Virus record (IMG/VR): IMGVR_UViG_3300031463_000547
Location: 2,031-66,030 of that record
Strand: one strand, 5' to 3'
Source of the DNA: a virus
Lineage: Duplodnaviria > Caudoviricetes
DNA length: 64,000 bases
A program made the translations under genes and the position numbers. Every line of letters starts with the position of its first letter. Positions within the stretch are counted from its first letter, which is position 1. The notes beneath the pieces are model-generated. The model was not told the origin of the DNA. It saw nothing but the letters and a program-made list of their open reading frames with translations, and ran no database searches. Shown here piece after piece: positions 8,921 through 18,005 of the stretch.

Positions 8921-10297
8921 ATGACAGGCGGAATGACAGGCGAGGCTATTGATCGCACGCCCCCGCACAATATAGAGGCTGAGCAGGCAGTACTCGGTTC
9001 GATGCTGCTGGAGCACAGTGCGTTGGAGACTGGTCTGGAGATGCTCACGCCTAGTGATTTCTATCGGCCGGTGCACCAATTGCTGTTTGAGGCTCTACAG
9101 GCACTGGCTGGAGCAGGTAAGGAAATTGACATCATCACGCTCACCGAACTATTGCGTGAGCGTGGCAAGCTCAAGGACTGTGGCGGAGCAGAATATCTGA
9201 TGTCACTGGTGAGCTCAGTCCCGACTGCGGCCAACATCGAATACTATGCATCCATTGTTGCCGAACACTCGACGCGGCGGCGGTTGATTGCTGCCGGCAG
9301 TCAGGTCATCGCTGCGGCATATCGACGGGATGCAGACCTCCACGAATGTGTAGCAGAGGCTGAATCGGCTGTGTTTGCTGTGGCGCAGGACCGTGTCCGC
9401 AGCGGGATCGTGCCGATGAGCGATGCGTATCGGGCCGCGTACGAGCATCTGGAACATGCCGATGGGCAGATTGGTGTGCCCATCGGTTTACGATCTCTAG
9501 CACATATCTCGTTGGGGATGCGACCGCGGGAGCTGATAGTCATTGGCGCACGGCCGCGAGTTGGCAAAACAGCGCTGGCGTGGCAACTGCTCGTCTCTGC
9601 GGCCAAGGCAGGCTATCCGGCAGCTATCGTGAGTTGTGAGATGGACGCTGAGGAACTGGCGATGCGCGACATAGCTCGCGAAACTGGAATGAGCATCTAT
9701 CGGATGTTGAGTGGAGATATGGATGGAGACCAGTGGGCCAGGATTGGTGAGGCGATCAGCGTCTGCTATGGTCTGCCCCTCTACTGTGTAGATGCTATTG
9801 GATGGCGGATGGAGCGGATCGCATCGGCCTGTCGGCGATTGGTCAGGCAGGGGGTGCGAATTATCGCGATTGACCACCTCCAGGCTATCGAACCTGACGA
9901 CCTACGGCAGAGCCGCGCCGTCCAAGTAGAGCGGATTGTATACCACTGCAAGGCCCTCGCCCGCCGGTTAAACATTCCCATTCTGGCACTGTGCCAGTTC
10001 AACCGGGACATAGAACGGCGCGGTCGGGATGCTAGGCCGGTGTTGGCCGACCTGAAGGAAAGTGGGGCCGTTGAGCAATACGCGGACGTTATTTGGTTGT
10101 TGTGGCGGTCTATGGATGAGACCGATACTAGGCCGGTTAGCGAGGCTGAGATAATCGTTGCAAAACAGCGGATGTTGCGACCGGGGGTAGTGCGTTGTGC
10201 GTTCGAGGGACGCAAATTCAGGTTCCTCGATCTGGACACGCATCACGATTATCCTCGGGGGGAGGAGAGCGAAATTGGAACGGCTACCAGAGTTTGA
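8921..10297 (+). CDS. dnaB: replicative DNA helicase
   Basis: PPHNIEAEQAVLGSML, GARPRVGKT, IDHLQ, LCQFNR, DLKESGAVEQYAD, IVAKQR. Confidence 0.95.
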   Translation: MTGGMTGEAIDRTPPHNIEAEQAVLGSMLLEHSALETGLEMLTPSDFYRPVHQLLFEALQALAGAGKEIDIITLTELLRERGKLKDCGGAEYLMSLVSSVPTAANIEYYASIVAEHSTRRRLIAAGSQVIAAAYRRDADLHECVAEAESAVFAVAQDRVRSGIVPMSDAYRAAYEHLEHADGQIGVPIGLRSLAHISLGMRPRELIVIGARPRVGKTALAWQLLVSAAKAGYPAAIVSCEMDAEELAMRDIARETGMSIYRMLSGDMDGDQWARIGEAISVCYGLPLYCVDAIGWRMERIASACRRLVRQGVRIIAIDHLQAIEPDDLRQSRAVQVERIVYHCKALARRLNIPILALCQFNRDIERRGRDARPVLADLKESGAVEQYADVIWLLWRSMDETDTRPVSEAEIIVAKQRMLRPGVVRCAFEGRKFRFLDLDTHHDYPRGEESEIGTATRV

Positions 10298-10460
10298 CGA
10301 TTGGCTGGCGCGCCGCCGAACGCCGCGGGCACATCCTATCTGGCACGACAGCCCGCGGGATTTCGCACCGGGCGTGCTGGATGACATTGACGAAATGCTC
10401 GCGTGGAGCGAGCTGGTTCGCGGGCCGCTGGACGGCGCGCGCGGGCCGCAGGAGGAGTGA
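10275..10460 (+). CDS. small hypothetical protein
   Basis: GGAGGAG RBS before TTG 10275; bridges dnaB and the next gene. Confidence 0.45.
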   Translation: MERLPEFDDWLARRRTPRAHPIWHDSPRDFAPGVLDDIDEMLAWSELVRGPLDGARGPQEE

Positions 10461-10461
10461 G

Positions 10462-10623
10462 ATGAGAACAATGTATACCGAATATCGCGTAACGTGGTTA
10501 CGGGATATTGAGGTCCCAGCACACATCACCGAACCTGCGGTGTTTGAATCGTGTGCGGAATGGAACTGCAGCGCGTGGAGCCACGAGGCGTGCGGTAACT
10601 GTTCAATAGGAGGTGACAAATGA
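10462..10623 (+). CDS. small Cys-rich hypothetical protein
   Basis: RBS AGGAGGAG; CxxxxC...CxxC; ATGA coupling to the next gene. Confidence 0.5.
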   Translation: MRTMYTEYRVTWLRDIEVPAHITEPAVFESCAEWNCSAWSHEACGNCSIGGDK

Positions 10624-11276
10624 ATGTTATCACACTGACTGAATCTGATTTCCGGCAGCCGGTCAATGGCCGCAGGCTGTACTGCGGCAGCATTGATCCT
10701 GCAGGGTTCCCTGGGGATGTGGAAATTGTCGGAGGTTTGGGAACCGTGTGGTTTCCCAAACTCAGGGCGACCGGATCTATTCGTGCATATGCAGGGACGT
10801 CGATACGCAGCACGGACGAGATTGTAGCAAGTTGGAATGTTTGGTCGGCTGGCAGCCTGAGCGCTGGCTATATGATTATCGCTGGCGCTGGAATTACGGC
10901 TGAGGGATATATCTACGCTCGCAGGGGAATTCGAGCGGGAGATTACATTTCCTCTGGCGGTAGCATTCGGACGCGCGGCAGCATTGTCGGTGGCTGGGAA
11001 GTCACAGCCAAGGGCAGTATTACGGCCCTGTCAATCACGTCGAGAGATACTATTGTGGCCGGTGGAAACATCACCGTGGATGCGGGCGTAATTGCCGGGC
11101 TGTCTATCGAGTGTGGAGGCATATTGTCAGGCGGTCGCATATTCGCGGGCGTATCGGATTTGTTGGATGACTATCCGGCGGACAAATACAAGCTTATCTC
11201 CTGCGAGCGGTTAGATAGCGGGAGAGTGTGTTATGGAGTGCTGCGAGAGCGCAACTCAGAACAGGAGCTACTATGA
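10620..11276 (+). CDS. hexapeptide-repeat (beta-solenoid-like) protein
   Basis: Repeated G-x-I-x-A/S-G units; RBS AGGAGG. Confidence 0.7.
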   Translation: MNVITLTESDFRQPVNGRRLYCGSIDPAGFPGDVEIVGGLGTVWFPKLRATGSIRAYAGTSIRSTDEIVASWNVWSAGSLSAGYMIIAGAGITAEGYIYARRGIRAGDYISSGGSIRTRGSIVGGWEVTAKGSITALSITSRDTIVAGGNITVDAGVIAGLSIECGGILSGGRIFAGVSDLLDDYPADKYKLISCERLDSGRVCYGVLRERNSEQELL

Positions 11277-12061
11277 CGAGTGTGATCTACAAACCCGGCG
11301 GGCCTGCCGGGGAATACGCGGAGTGGGCGTGTAACCTGTTCGAGGGGTGTCGGCACGGCTGCCGATACTGCTATGCGCCGATATTCCTACGCCGAACACT
11401 GTCGGCGCGGGCAGGTCGGTCGCTCACGATTGCCGAGGCGCGGAGGGCGTTTCATGAGAACTACGGGCCGCGCGCGAACATACTCCACAGGCTGGAGTTG
11501 AGCTTGCGGCGGTTCGGAGCGCGCGGGGCGAAGATATTTCTCTGCTTTACCTGCGATCCGTGCCAGAGCCGGGCTGACGTCGAGCAGATCACGGCCCCGG
11601 CAATCGAGCTGATTCACGCGAGCGGAAACTACGTGCAGTTATGCAGCAAAAATCCGCTGTTCGCGCCATTCGACCTGTTAGGGGCTGGTGACGAACTGTG
11701 GACTACGCTCACGCTCCTGGACGACGATCAGGCGTGCTGGGAGCCGAACATCGAGAACAACGCGGTGTCGTTCCGACTGGTTGCGCTGGATCGAGCGCAC
11801 CGTGCCGGTATTCGTACCGCTGTGAGTTTCGAACCGGTGATCGATCCTGACCAAACGCTGGAATTGATCGCGCTCGCAGCTCCATATCTCGACCGCGCGT
11901 TCATCGGGCGATTCAATCACCTGAGTAGTTGTGACTGGCCGAGTGACGATTGGCGAGCGCGGATAGAGTCCATCGACTGGCCGCAGTTCCGCGCGGAGGC
12001 GGTCGCGTTATGCGAATGGTTGGGGCTAGAGTATACGATCAAGGAGGATTCGAGGGGATGA
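11273..12061 (+). CDS. radical SAM protein (SPL-like phage family)
   Basis: NLFEGCRHGCRYCYA CxxxCxxC motif, FTCDP, VSFEPVI. Confidence 0.85.
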   Translation: MTSVIYKPGGPAGEYAEWACNLFEGCRHGCRYCYAPIFLRRTLSARAGRSLTIAEARRAFHENYGPRANILHRLELSLRRFGARGAKIFLCFTCDPCQSRADVEQITAPAIELIHASGNYVQLCSKNPLFAPFDLLGAGDELWTTLTLLDDDQACWEPNIENNAVSFRLVALDRAHRAGIRTAVSFEPVIDPDQTLELIALAAPYLDRAFIGRFNHLSSCDWPSDDWRARIESIDWPQFRAEAVALCEWLGLEYTIKEDSRG

Positions 12062-12070
12062 GAACCATTA

Positions 12071-12196
12071 GCGTCAATTTATGACGATTATCCGTGGGAT
12101 GGAGGCCAGCTCATCTCGTGCAAACGGCTGGAGCGCGGAGATGTGTGCCACGGCGTACTGCGAGAGGCGAACAATAGGAGAGAAGAAAACGGATGA
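12071..12196 (+). pseudogene. start-less remnant homologous to the C-terminus of 10620..11276
   Basis: Translates ASIYDDYPWDGGQLISCKRLERGDVCHGVLREANNRREENG*, versus VSDLLDDYPADKYKLISCERLDSGRVCYGVLRERNSEQELL*. Confidence 0.75.
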
Positions 12197-12513
12197 GAGT
12201 GATCGATATTGAGATTGACGGTAGGGCGGAGATGACGGGATTGCAGGTGTTAGAGGCAGTACTGCAGTCGTGGTGGTCACAGCGACGCTACCGCCGCGAT
12301 GGATTTTTGGTGGTGAGGCCAGGCCGATGGCCGTGGAGCATCGAGTTCGCCCTGACGTCGCAGCCATGCGGCCTCGTATGGGCGCGCGTGACGGATAAAA
12401 CGACACTTGAGCACGTGCGCACGGCGCTCATATTGTCTGCCGCGAACGCAGCGTTTATGACGCTGGCGAGGTTTGACGAGAGTCCTCAGCAGGAGGGGGA
12501 AAATGGCGTTTGA
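12193..12513 (+). CDS. hypothetical protein
   Basis: AGGAG upstream; operon position. Confidence 0.6.
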   Translation: MRVIDIEIDGRAEMTGLQVLEAVLQSWWSQRRYRRDGFLVVRPGRWPWSIEFALTSQPCGLVWARVTDKTTLEHVRTALILSAANAAFMTLARFDESPQQEGENGV

Positions 12514-12868
12514 ACGGTATGGTGGAGGGAGGAACCCGGCGACACTCACCATCAACTCGTCGGGCACTGCCAGGCTATCGCAGAGGGCGTTGGGCATGCT
12601 TTCCATTGGCCATTTGCCTACGCGCATTGATTGTTATTGGGACGAGGAGCGTTCCCTGCTCGGCATCAGGGCCGCATGGGGCGGCCTCCTGAAACTCAGC
12701 GTGAAGGGGCGGTTCTCGGCACGTAACCTGCTGCGCTTCATCGGCAGAGAGGGCGTGTCCGGCAATTACCCGGTCGAACTCGTCGGCAACATGCTTGTGG
12801 CGCATATCCCCATACCTGCCCCCGGAGTTGCCGAGGTAGCGGAGTTGAAAGAGAGGGCAGGGGTATGA
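12503..12868 (+). CDS. hypothetical protein, possibly nucleic-acid binding
   Basis: Strong RBS AGGAGGGGG before ATG 12503; coupled to the next gene. Confidence 0.65.
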   Translation: MAFERYGGGRNPATLTINSSGTARLSQRALGMLSIGHLPTRIDCYWDEERSLLGIRAAWGGLLKLSVKGRFSARNLLRFIGREGVSGNYPVELVGNMLVAHIPIPAPGVAEVAELKERAGV

Positions 12869-13575
12869 TGAGGAACTACTACAAAATCACGAACGAGCTC
12901 GAATGTCATCACGGTATGCGCTGCCAGACTGGGATGAACATTTATCCGTTCCCATTTAAATGCGAACCAGACAAGCGGGGCGGAATATATTTTGCTCGCG
13001 AGCACATCCTAGAGTTTGCTGCTCGCGGGAGATGGTTGCGCGTCGTAGCTGTTCCGCCTGGCGCACAGGTAGTGGAAGATCATCATCATCATCCGTCGCG
13101 CCAGTGGCGCGCAGACAAACTCATTCTGGGGCCTCGCAAGCGGCTCACGAAGGCCCTGCTTGCCAAACTCATCGCAGAGGGCGCGACGCTCAGAGAGCGT
13201 GCAGTACTCAACGCCATTCGTGTTTCCGATTTTCGTATGGTGCGTTGGTTAGTCGAGTTGGGCGCTCCGATTAGCGATCTGTCGCCCGACGCCGCGATTA
13301 TGGCTCAGGCGGTGACGCTAGGATGTGATTTCCGATTGGTGCGATGGCTGGTAAAGCGGGGTGCGCCTATCAGCGAGTGGTGCGTGGTTGATGCCATAAA
13401 GGCCGATGAACCTGGCTTGGCGCGGTGGTTGGTGAAACATGGCGGGCCAGCTAGTCCACGGGTATTGCTGGAAGCCATCAAAGCCCGCCAAGCGAAGTTG
13501 ACGCGGTGGTTAATGGAACGTGGCGTGCATCTGAACGATGACGTGTTGAGGCAGTTGATAGATGATGAAGAGTAA
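12865..13575 (+). CDS. ankyrin-like repeat protein with an N-terminal YKITN..ECHHG domain
   Basis: Repeats FRMVRWLVELGAPI, FRLVRWLVKRGAPI, LARWLVKHGGP, LTRWLMERGV. Confidence 0.7.
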   Translation: MMRNYYKITNELECHHGMRCQTGMNIYPFPFKCEPDKRGGIYFAREHILEFAARGRWLRVVAVPPGAQVVEDHHHHPSRQWRADKLILGPRKRLTKALLAKLIAEGATLRERAVLNAIRVSDFRMVRWLVELGAPISDLSPDAAIMAQAVTLGCDFRLVRWLVKRGAPISEWCVVDAIKADEPGLARWLVKHGGPASPRVLLEAIKARQAKLTRWLMERGVHLNDDVLRQLIDDEE

Positions 13576-13595
13576 CACCACAGTGACATTGATGC

Positions 13596-14369
13596 ATGCA
13601 GGAGATTGGGCAAGCGATGGATGTTTGGGTGTATACAGATGGGGCTTCGCATGGCAATCCGGGCGAGGCGGGCATAGGAGTGGTGATCCGACAATACAAG
13701 GGTCGTTTCAGTCTGCGCGAGATCAGTGAGTACATTGGCTGGGCTACTGCCGCAGAGGCTGAATATAAAGCGATCATACGAGGACTGCAGGAAGCGGCCG
13801 TTCTGGGAGCCAGTCGAGTCACAATATGCTGTGACAGCACTATAATCGTCAATCATATCAATGGTCGTATGCAGGCACATACGCCAACTGAGCGCTTACT
13901 ACTCAGCGAGGTGCTTGATCTGATGGCCGGATTTCAATCTGTCCGCGTTATGTGGATGGATCGAACGAAGAATAGTGAGGCCGATGCGCTTGCAACCGCC
14001 GCCATCAAACAGCACCATGACGATCGATATAATTCAAGTCACTACGCGAACCTCTATCTGGGATCATTAGTTCGCGGATTGCCTGAGGGGTCGAATATAG
14101 AGAGATGGGACGGCTGGGTCGTCCGGATGCCCCATAATGCTAAGACGGTTATCGGAACCGGCTCAACTCCAGAGGCAGCGATTAAAGATGCCCAACTACA
14201 GATAGCGAGATTGATGGATGAGAATCAGCGAAAGCGAGTACAAAACTCTTTTGGCCGGCAAAAGCGAGCGTCCCAAACGTTGCCGGACCAAGAAGCCATT
14301 AATGGAACCTGTCGGCGTCTTACTCGAACCGGGATACGTGCTCTTGGCCTTGACTCTACCGCCGAGTAA
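13596..14369 (+). CDS. RNase HI with C-terminal HicB-like extension
   Basis: YTDGASHGNPG, AEYKAII, CDS, NSEADALA catalytic motifs. Confidence 0.85.
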   Translation: MQEIGQAMDVWVYTDGASHGNPGEAGIGVVIRQYKGRFSLREISEYIGWATAAEAEYKAIIRGLQEAAVLGASRVTICCDSTIIVNHINGRMQAHTPTERLLLSEVLDLMAGFQSVRVMWMDRTKNSEADALATAAIKQHHDDRYNSSHYANLYLGSLVRGLPEGSNIERWDGWVVRMPHNAKTVIGTGSTPEAAIKDAQLQIARLMDENQRKRVQNSFGRQKRASQTLPDQEAINGTCRRLTRTGIRALGLDSTAE

Positions 14370-14676
14370 AAACCGGGAGCCGTCGCATCGGTGGGCGCGC
14401 TATCGGTTGAAACAGGAGTGGGAACGGCTTGCGTATCAGGCATGGCTGGCGGCGGGCCTGCCGCGGTTCGATGCGGTCGAAATCACACCGCGATTCTGCG
14501 TATGGCAGTTGCGCGATGCCGACAACAACAACTCGCTGGCGTTCAAGGGAATTATAGACGGGCTGAAGGGCCGCCTAGTGCCGGACGATTCGACGCGGTT
14601 CCTGACACTGGCTCCTGATGTATGCGAGGTGGACCGCCGCTTACAGCGGCTGGAATTGCATATCCTCGCAGTCTGA
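14218..14676 (+). CDS. rusA: RusA-like Holliday junction resolvase
   Basis: LPPSKN, RDADN, KGIIDGL...LVPDDS. Confidence 0.7.
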   Translation: MRISESEYKTLLAGKSERPKRCRTKKPLMEPVGVLLEPGYVLLALTLPPSKNREPSHRWARYRLKQEWERLAYQAWLAAGLPRFDAVEITPRFCVWQLRDADNNNSLAFKGIIDGLKGRLVPDDSTRFLTLAPDVCEVDRRLQRLELHILAV

Positions 14677-14715
14677 GCAGTCTGATTGGTGACGTATGAC
14701 TGCGATAAGTAGAAT
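14677..14715 (+). promoter_or_regulatory. putative late promoter 1 with dyad GCAGTC-N15-GACTGC and -10 TAGAAT
   Basis: Near-identical 39-bp element repeated at 38624-38662. Confidence 0.7.
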
Positions 14716-14739
14716 GAAATCAAACTGGGGGCATACCAC

Positions 14740-14979
14740 GTGATCGAAATGCAGGAGTTCAATGAATCCCAAGTGCCGGATGGATTCACGATTGCAGCAC
14801 TGCATCCAACTGAGGTGCGGTTGCTACGGCTGCTGAAGGACTTGGAGTACGGCAGGTTGGACGGAGAATTAGCACGGATCAATGTGCAGGCTGGCTACCC
14901 AGTGAGTGCAGAAGTCCGCTACTGCGTCTCAGATTCTCCTAGCATCACAGCAACGAAGCAAATCCGGTTGGACAAATGA
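14740..14979 (+). CDS. small YezD/DUF2292-like protein, candidate late antiterminator
   Basis: LHPTEVRLLRLLKDLEYGRL...INVQAGYPVSAEV...KQIRL resembles the YezD pattern (helix, YG, I-x-V-Q-x-G, K-I-R-L); first ORF after promoter 1. Confidence 0.55.
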   Translation: MIEMQEFNESQVPDGFTIAALHPTEVRLLRLLKDLEYGRLDGELARINVQAGYPVSAEVRYCVSDSPSITATKQIRLDK

Positions 14980-15419
14980 TACCTAAGGATTCGATGCGAT
15001 TCCGGGAAGCCCCGGAACTGCGGGCGATAGCTGAAAAGTTGAAGGTTTCGCCCGCTGTGATGTGGAGAATCGCTCACATCGATCTGGATCGTATCGGGTT
15101 TCTATACGAATATACGTGCGACGTGGTGCATGTTCCAGCATATTGTCGGAGGGTCGTGCAACCATACAAGCAGTTTTTGGAGGAACAGGGGCGGAGATGG
15201 GATTGGATCATCGAAGTGTATGGATGGCATGCTGAGGACAAAAGCGTTGAGTGGCTACAAATTCTGCTGTATCACCAACTTCGTCACATAGGATATGATG
15301 GCAAACTCGTCGAACACAATGTCGAGGATTTTGGGGATATACTCGCCGAGTTCGGAATAGATTGGGTGGCGGACACAGACCCGCTGCCGGACATAACGAA
15401 ACTGCCAGCAAAATACTGA
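14976..15419 (+). CDS. putative phage metallopeptidase-family protein
   Basis: WIIEVY...ILLYHQLRHIG...HNVEDF...FG pattern; HExxH appears as HQxxH. Confidence 0.7.
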   Translation: MIPKDSMRFREAPELRAIAEKLKVSPAVMWRIAHIDLDRIGFLYEYTCDVVHVPAYCRRVVQPYKQFLEEQGRRWDWIIEVYGWHAEDKSVEWLQILLYHQLRHIGYDGKLVEHNVEDFGDILAEFGIDWVADTDPLPDITKLPAKY

Positions 15420-15421
15420 TA

Positions 15422-15487
15422 GGCCGAGAGGACCAACCTTAAGCCGAGGTACTCCCAGAAATGGGGGCGCTTCGGCTTTTGTCGTTT
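15422..15487 (+). terminator. conserved antiterminator-hairpin/terminator cassette, copy 1
   Basis: GGCCGAGAGGACCAACCTTA AGCCGAGG...CTTCGGCT TTTGTCGTTT, upstream of terS. Confidence 0.8.
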
Positions 15488-15499
15488 ACAGTGCTTTCC

Positions 15500-16018
15500 A
15501 TGTTCAGACGCAAGGGGCCAGTCAAATACGAGCGACCCGGCAAGCTCACCGATGAACAGCGTGAGCTGGTATTGAACTGCCTTGCGTGTCGAATGGCAGG
15601 CCAACGCATTATCGAATACCTCCAAGCGGAGTTTGGGGTAACCGTCAAACATCCCGCGATATGCTACTACAAGCGCGTCTATGCTGCTGAGATTGCCGCT
15701 CGTCGAGAGCGGTATCTCGCGGAATCGAAGGTCATCAACCTGCCATTTGTAGCCCAAGCTGATCGATTGGCGGAATACAGCCGCCACGTCAGCATCGAAT
15801 TGAGGCGGGGGCGACTACGGGAGGCCCGTGAGGCGCTGCGGTCCATAGCTGAGGAGACGGGCGAACTGAGACAAACCAGAGATGTCAACATCAATGCCAG
15901 TCAACGAACAACTGCTGAGCTGCTTGAAATTGTGCGCGGCGCATTGGGGGGAACTGACGCCGATACAGCAGGAGGCGGCGGCGGAGCTGGCGAGGAGATA
16001 CCAGGCCCAGCGGGATAA
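15500..16018 (+). CDS. terS: terminase small subunit (DUF2280-like)
   Basis: KLTDEQRELVLNCLA HTH-like N-terminus; overlaps the terL start. Confidence 0.65.
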   Translation: MFRRKGPVKYERPGKLTDEQRELVLNCLACRMAGQRIIEYLQAEFGVTVKHPAICYYKRVYAAEIAARRERYLAESKVINLPFVAQADRLAEYSRHVSIELRRGRLREAREALRSIAEETGELRQTRDVNINASQRTTAELLEIVRGALGGTDADTAGGGGGAGEEIPGPAG

Positions 16019-17630
16019 GGCCAGTCTGAGTCTATCTGACTGGGTGTATCGATATTCGGCTCTGAAGGTCGGTGCGAATTGGCTGCCGTTCAGTTTTGAC
16101 GGCCATGAATATCTGCGGGAGCTATATTGTGACCCGCAGCCAATAGTGATCCTTGAAAAAGCGGCTCAGATGGGCGCATCGATCGTGGCGATCAACCGGG
16201 CTCTGCATTTTGTGGATACGACGGGCGGAACGGTGATCTACTTTTTTCCGACGGACACGGACGTGGCGGATTTCTCGAACACGCGCGTCAAGCCGATGAT
16301 CGAGCGGTGCGAATATCTGTCGGACCAGTGCAACGACATCAACAATGTGCATGTTCGGCAGATCGGCATGGGTCTGCTGTATTTCCGTGGGATGTTTGCC
16401 AAAGGGCGGACGAAGAGCATCCCTGCAGATTTCACCATCTTCGATGAGTTGGACGAGGCGAAGCCGGAGCACAAAGCGCAGGCACTGGAACGAATGAGTC
16501 ACAGTGCATGGGGGTGGCGAATGGAACTATCGACGCCTACCATTCCGGACTACGGCATAGACATCGAATTCGCACAATCCGATCAGCGCTACTGGCATGT
16601 CGCATGCGGCTGCCGCGAGGGTGTCGTGCTGGAGGATGTTTTCCCCGAATGTATCGGGGTTCGGCACGAGGGCACGGATCGTGAGGAGGTGTTCCTGCGG
16701 TGTCCGCGGTGTGGCAAGATTCGGCTGAACCCGTGCGAATATGCAACGGTCGGCGAGTATCGGGGTTGGATTCCGAAGCGGCCTGAAAATGCGAGGCATG
16801 CCCGCGGTTATCATCTCTCGCAACTGTTCTCGACAACACCAGCGTGCAGTCCGGCGGCGATCTGGTATAAGTTCCGGCACACTCGCGACATTCCGGAGTT
16901 TTATAACTCGGTGTTGGGCGTGCCGTATGCCGGCGATAGAATGCCGTTGACTCTGGATGTGCTCGCGAAGTGCCACGGCGATTGGGGATTAGCTCAGACT
17001 GGCACTCGATGCTACATCGGAATCGACCAGGGCGCAGACAACTATGTGATTGTCAAGCAGCGGGATCCGAACACGGGGGCCGGGAAGGTGATTAACGCTG
17101 TGGTTGTCGAGGGTCCGAACCCGTGGCCAGCAACGGTAGAGATATGCAAGCTCTACCCGGATGCCGCGATAGTCGTCGATGCGCTGCCTGAAAAAACCCA
17201 AGCGCGCGCTCTCTGTCAGCTATTTCCAGGACGGGCGTATATGTGCTACTACACCGACACACAAAAGGACGCGGTCGTAGTAGATGATGATCCGAATGAG
17301 CCAGACGCCGGAATGAAGGTTACCGTCCATCGGACAGAGACCCTAGACAGAGTCATAGAAATGCTGCTGTGGACGGCGCAGGGACGCCCCGACGGGATCA
17401 TCCTGCCCAACGCACAATTACCGATATGCAAGGAGATCAAAGACCATTTGGCAGCATTAGCGAAGATCCGGCGCCGCAGGGTAGTCAACATCGGCGGCGT
17501 ACAGCAGGAAACCGGGGAAGTGGAATGGGTCTATGTGCATATCAAACCCGATCACTTCGCCCATGCGCTGAACTATGCAACGATAGCGGAATCCGTGCCT
17601 GTCAACGTTGGATGGGCGGGATTTATGTAG
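15882..17630 (+). CDS. terL: terminase large subunit, GpA-type
   Basis: KAAQMGAS, FDELDEA, STPT, SDQRYW, CPRCG, GIDQG, DHFAHALNY. Confidence 0.9.
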   Translation: MSTSMPVNEQLLSCLKLCAAHWGELTPIQQEAAAELARRYQAQRDKASLSLSDWVYRYSALKVGANWLPFSFDGHEYLRELYCDPQPIVILEKAAQMGASIVAINRALHFVDTTGGTVIYFFPTDTDVADFSNTRVKPMIERCEYLSDQCNDINNVHVRQIGMGLLYFRGMFAKGRTKSIPADFTIFDELDEAKPEHKAQALERMSHSAWGWRMELSTPTIPDYGIDIEFAQSDQRYWHVACGCREGVVLEDVFPECIGVRHEGTDREEVFLRCPRCGKIRLNPCEYATVGEYRGWIPKRPENARHARGYHLSQLFSTTPACSPAAIWYKFRHTRDIPEFYNSVLGVPYAGDRMPLTLDVLAKCHGDWGLAQTGTRCYIGIDQGADNYVIVKQRDPNTGAGKVINAVVVEGPNPWPATVEICKLYPDAAIVVDALPEKTQARALCQLFPGRAYMCYYTDTQKDAVVVDDDPNEPDAGMKVTVHRTETLDRVIEMLLWTAQGRPDGIILPNAQLPICKEIKDHLAALAKIRRRRVVNIGGVQQETGEVEWVYVHIKPDHFAHALNYATIAESVPVNVGWAGFM

Positions 17631-17639
17631 GAGGACAAT

Positions 17640-18005
17640 ATGGCAACAGCGATTGTTGGTGGAGGGGAACGTTATGTAGGCAAAACGGCCGTCTCGCTGG
17701 AGGGAGAGACGGTTGTATCGGTACGCGTGCCCGCGGGCGCGAACGCTGCCCGGATCAATCCGCAACTATTCAGCAGCTCTGACGGAATGGTGCTGCTGGC
17801 GCGAGACGCCGAACCGACTCTGGGTGCGAACGAGCTGATGATGGGCAGTGGTGATGTGTGCATGGATTGCTATCGCCCTGGCACAGAGATACAGTTCCGG
17901 TTGGTTGATTTCATGACTGGGGCAGATATGGCAGGGGGCGAGCACGATTACATAGTTGTCGTGTTCTACACCAATATCGCGGGCCGCAGAAGTGGAGGTG
18001 CTTAA
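17640..18005 (+). CDS. hypothetical protein, possibly virion-associated
   Basis: RBS AGGAGG; beta-rich. Confidence 0.65.
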   Translation: MATAIVGGGERYVGKTAVSLEGETVVSVRVPAGANAARINPQLFSSSDGMVLLARDAEPTLGANELMMGSGDVCMDCYRPGTEIQFRLVDFMTGADMAGGEHDYIVVVFYTNIAGRRSGGA

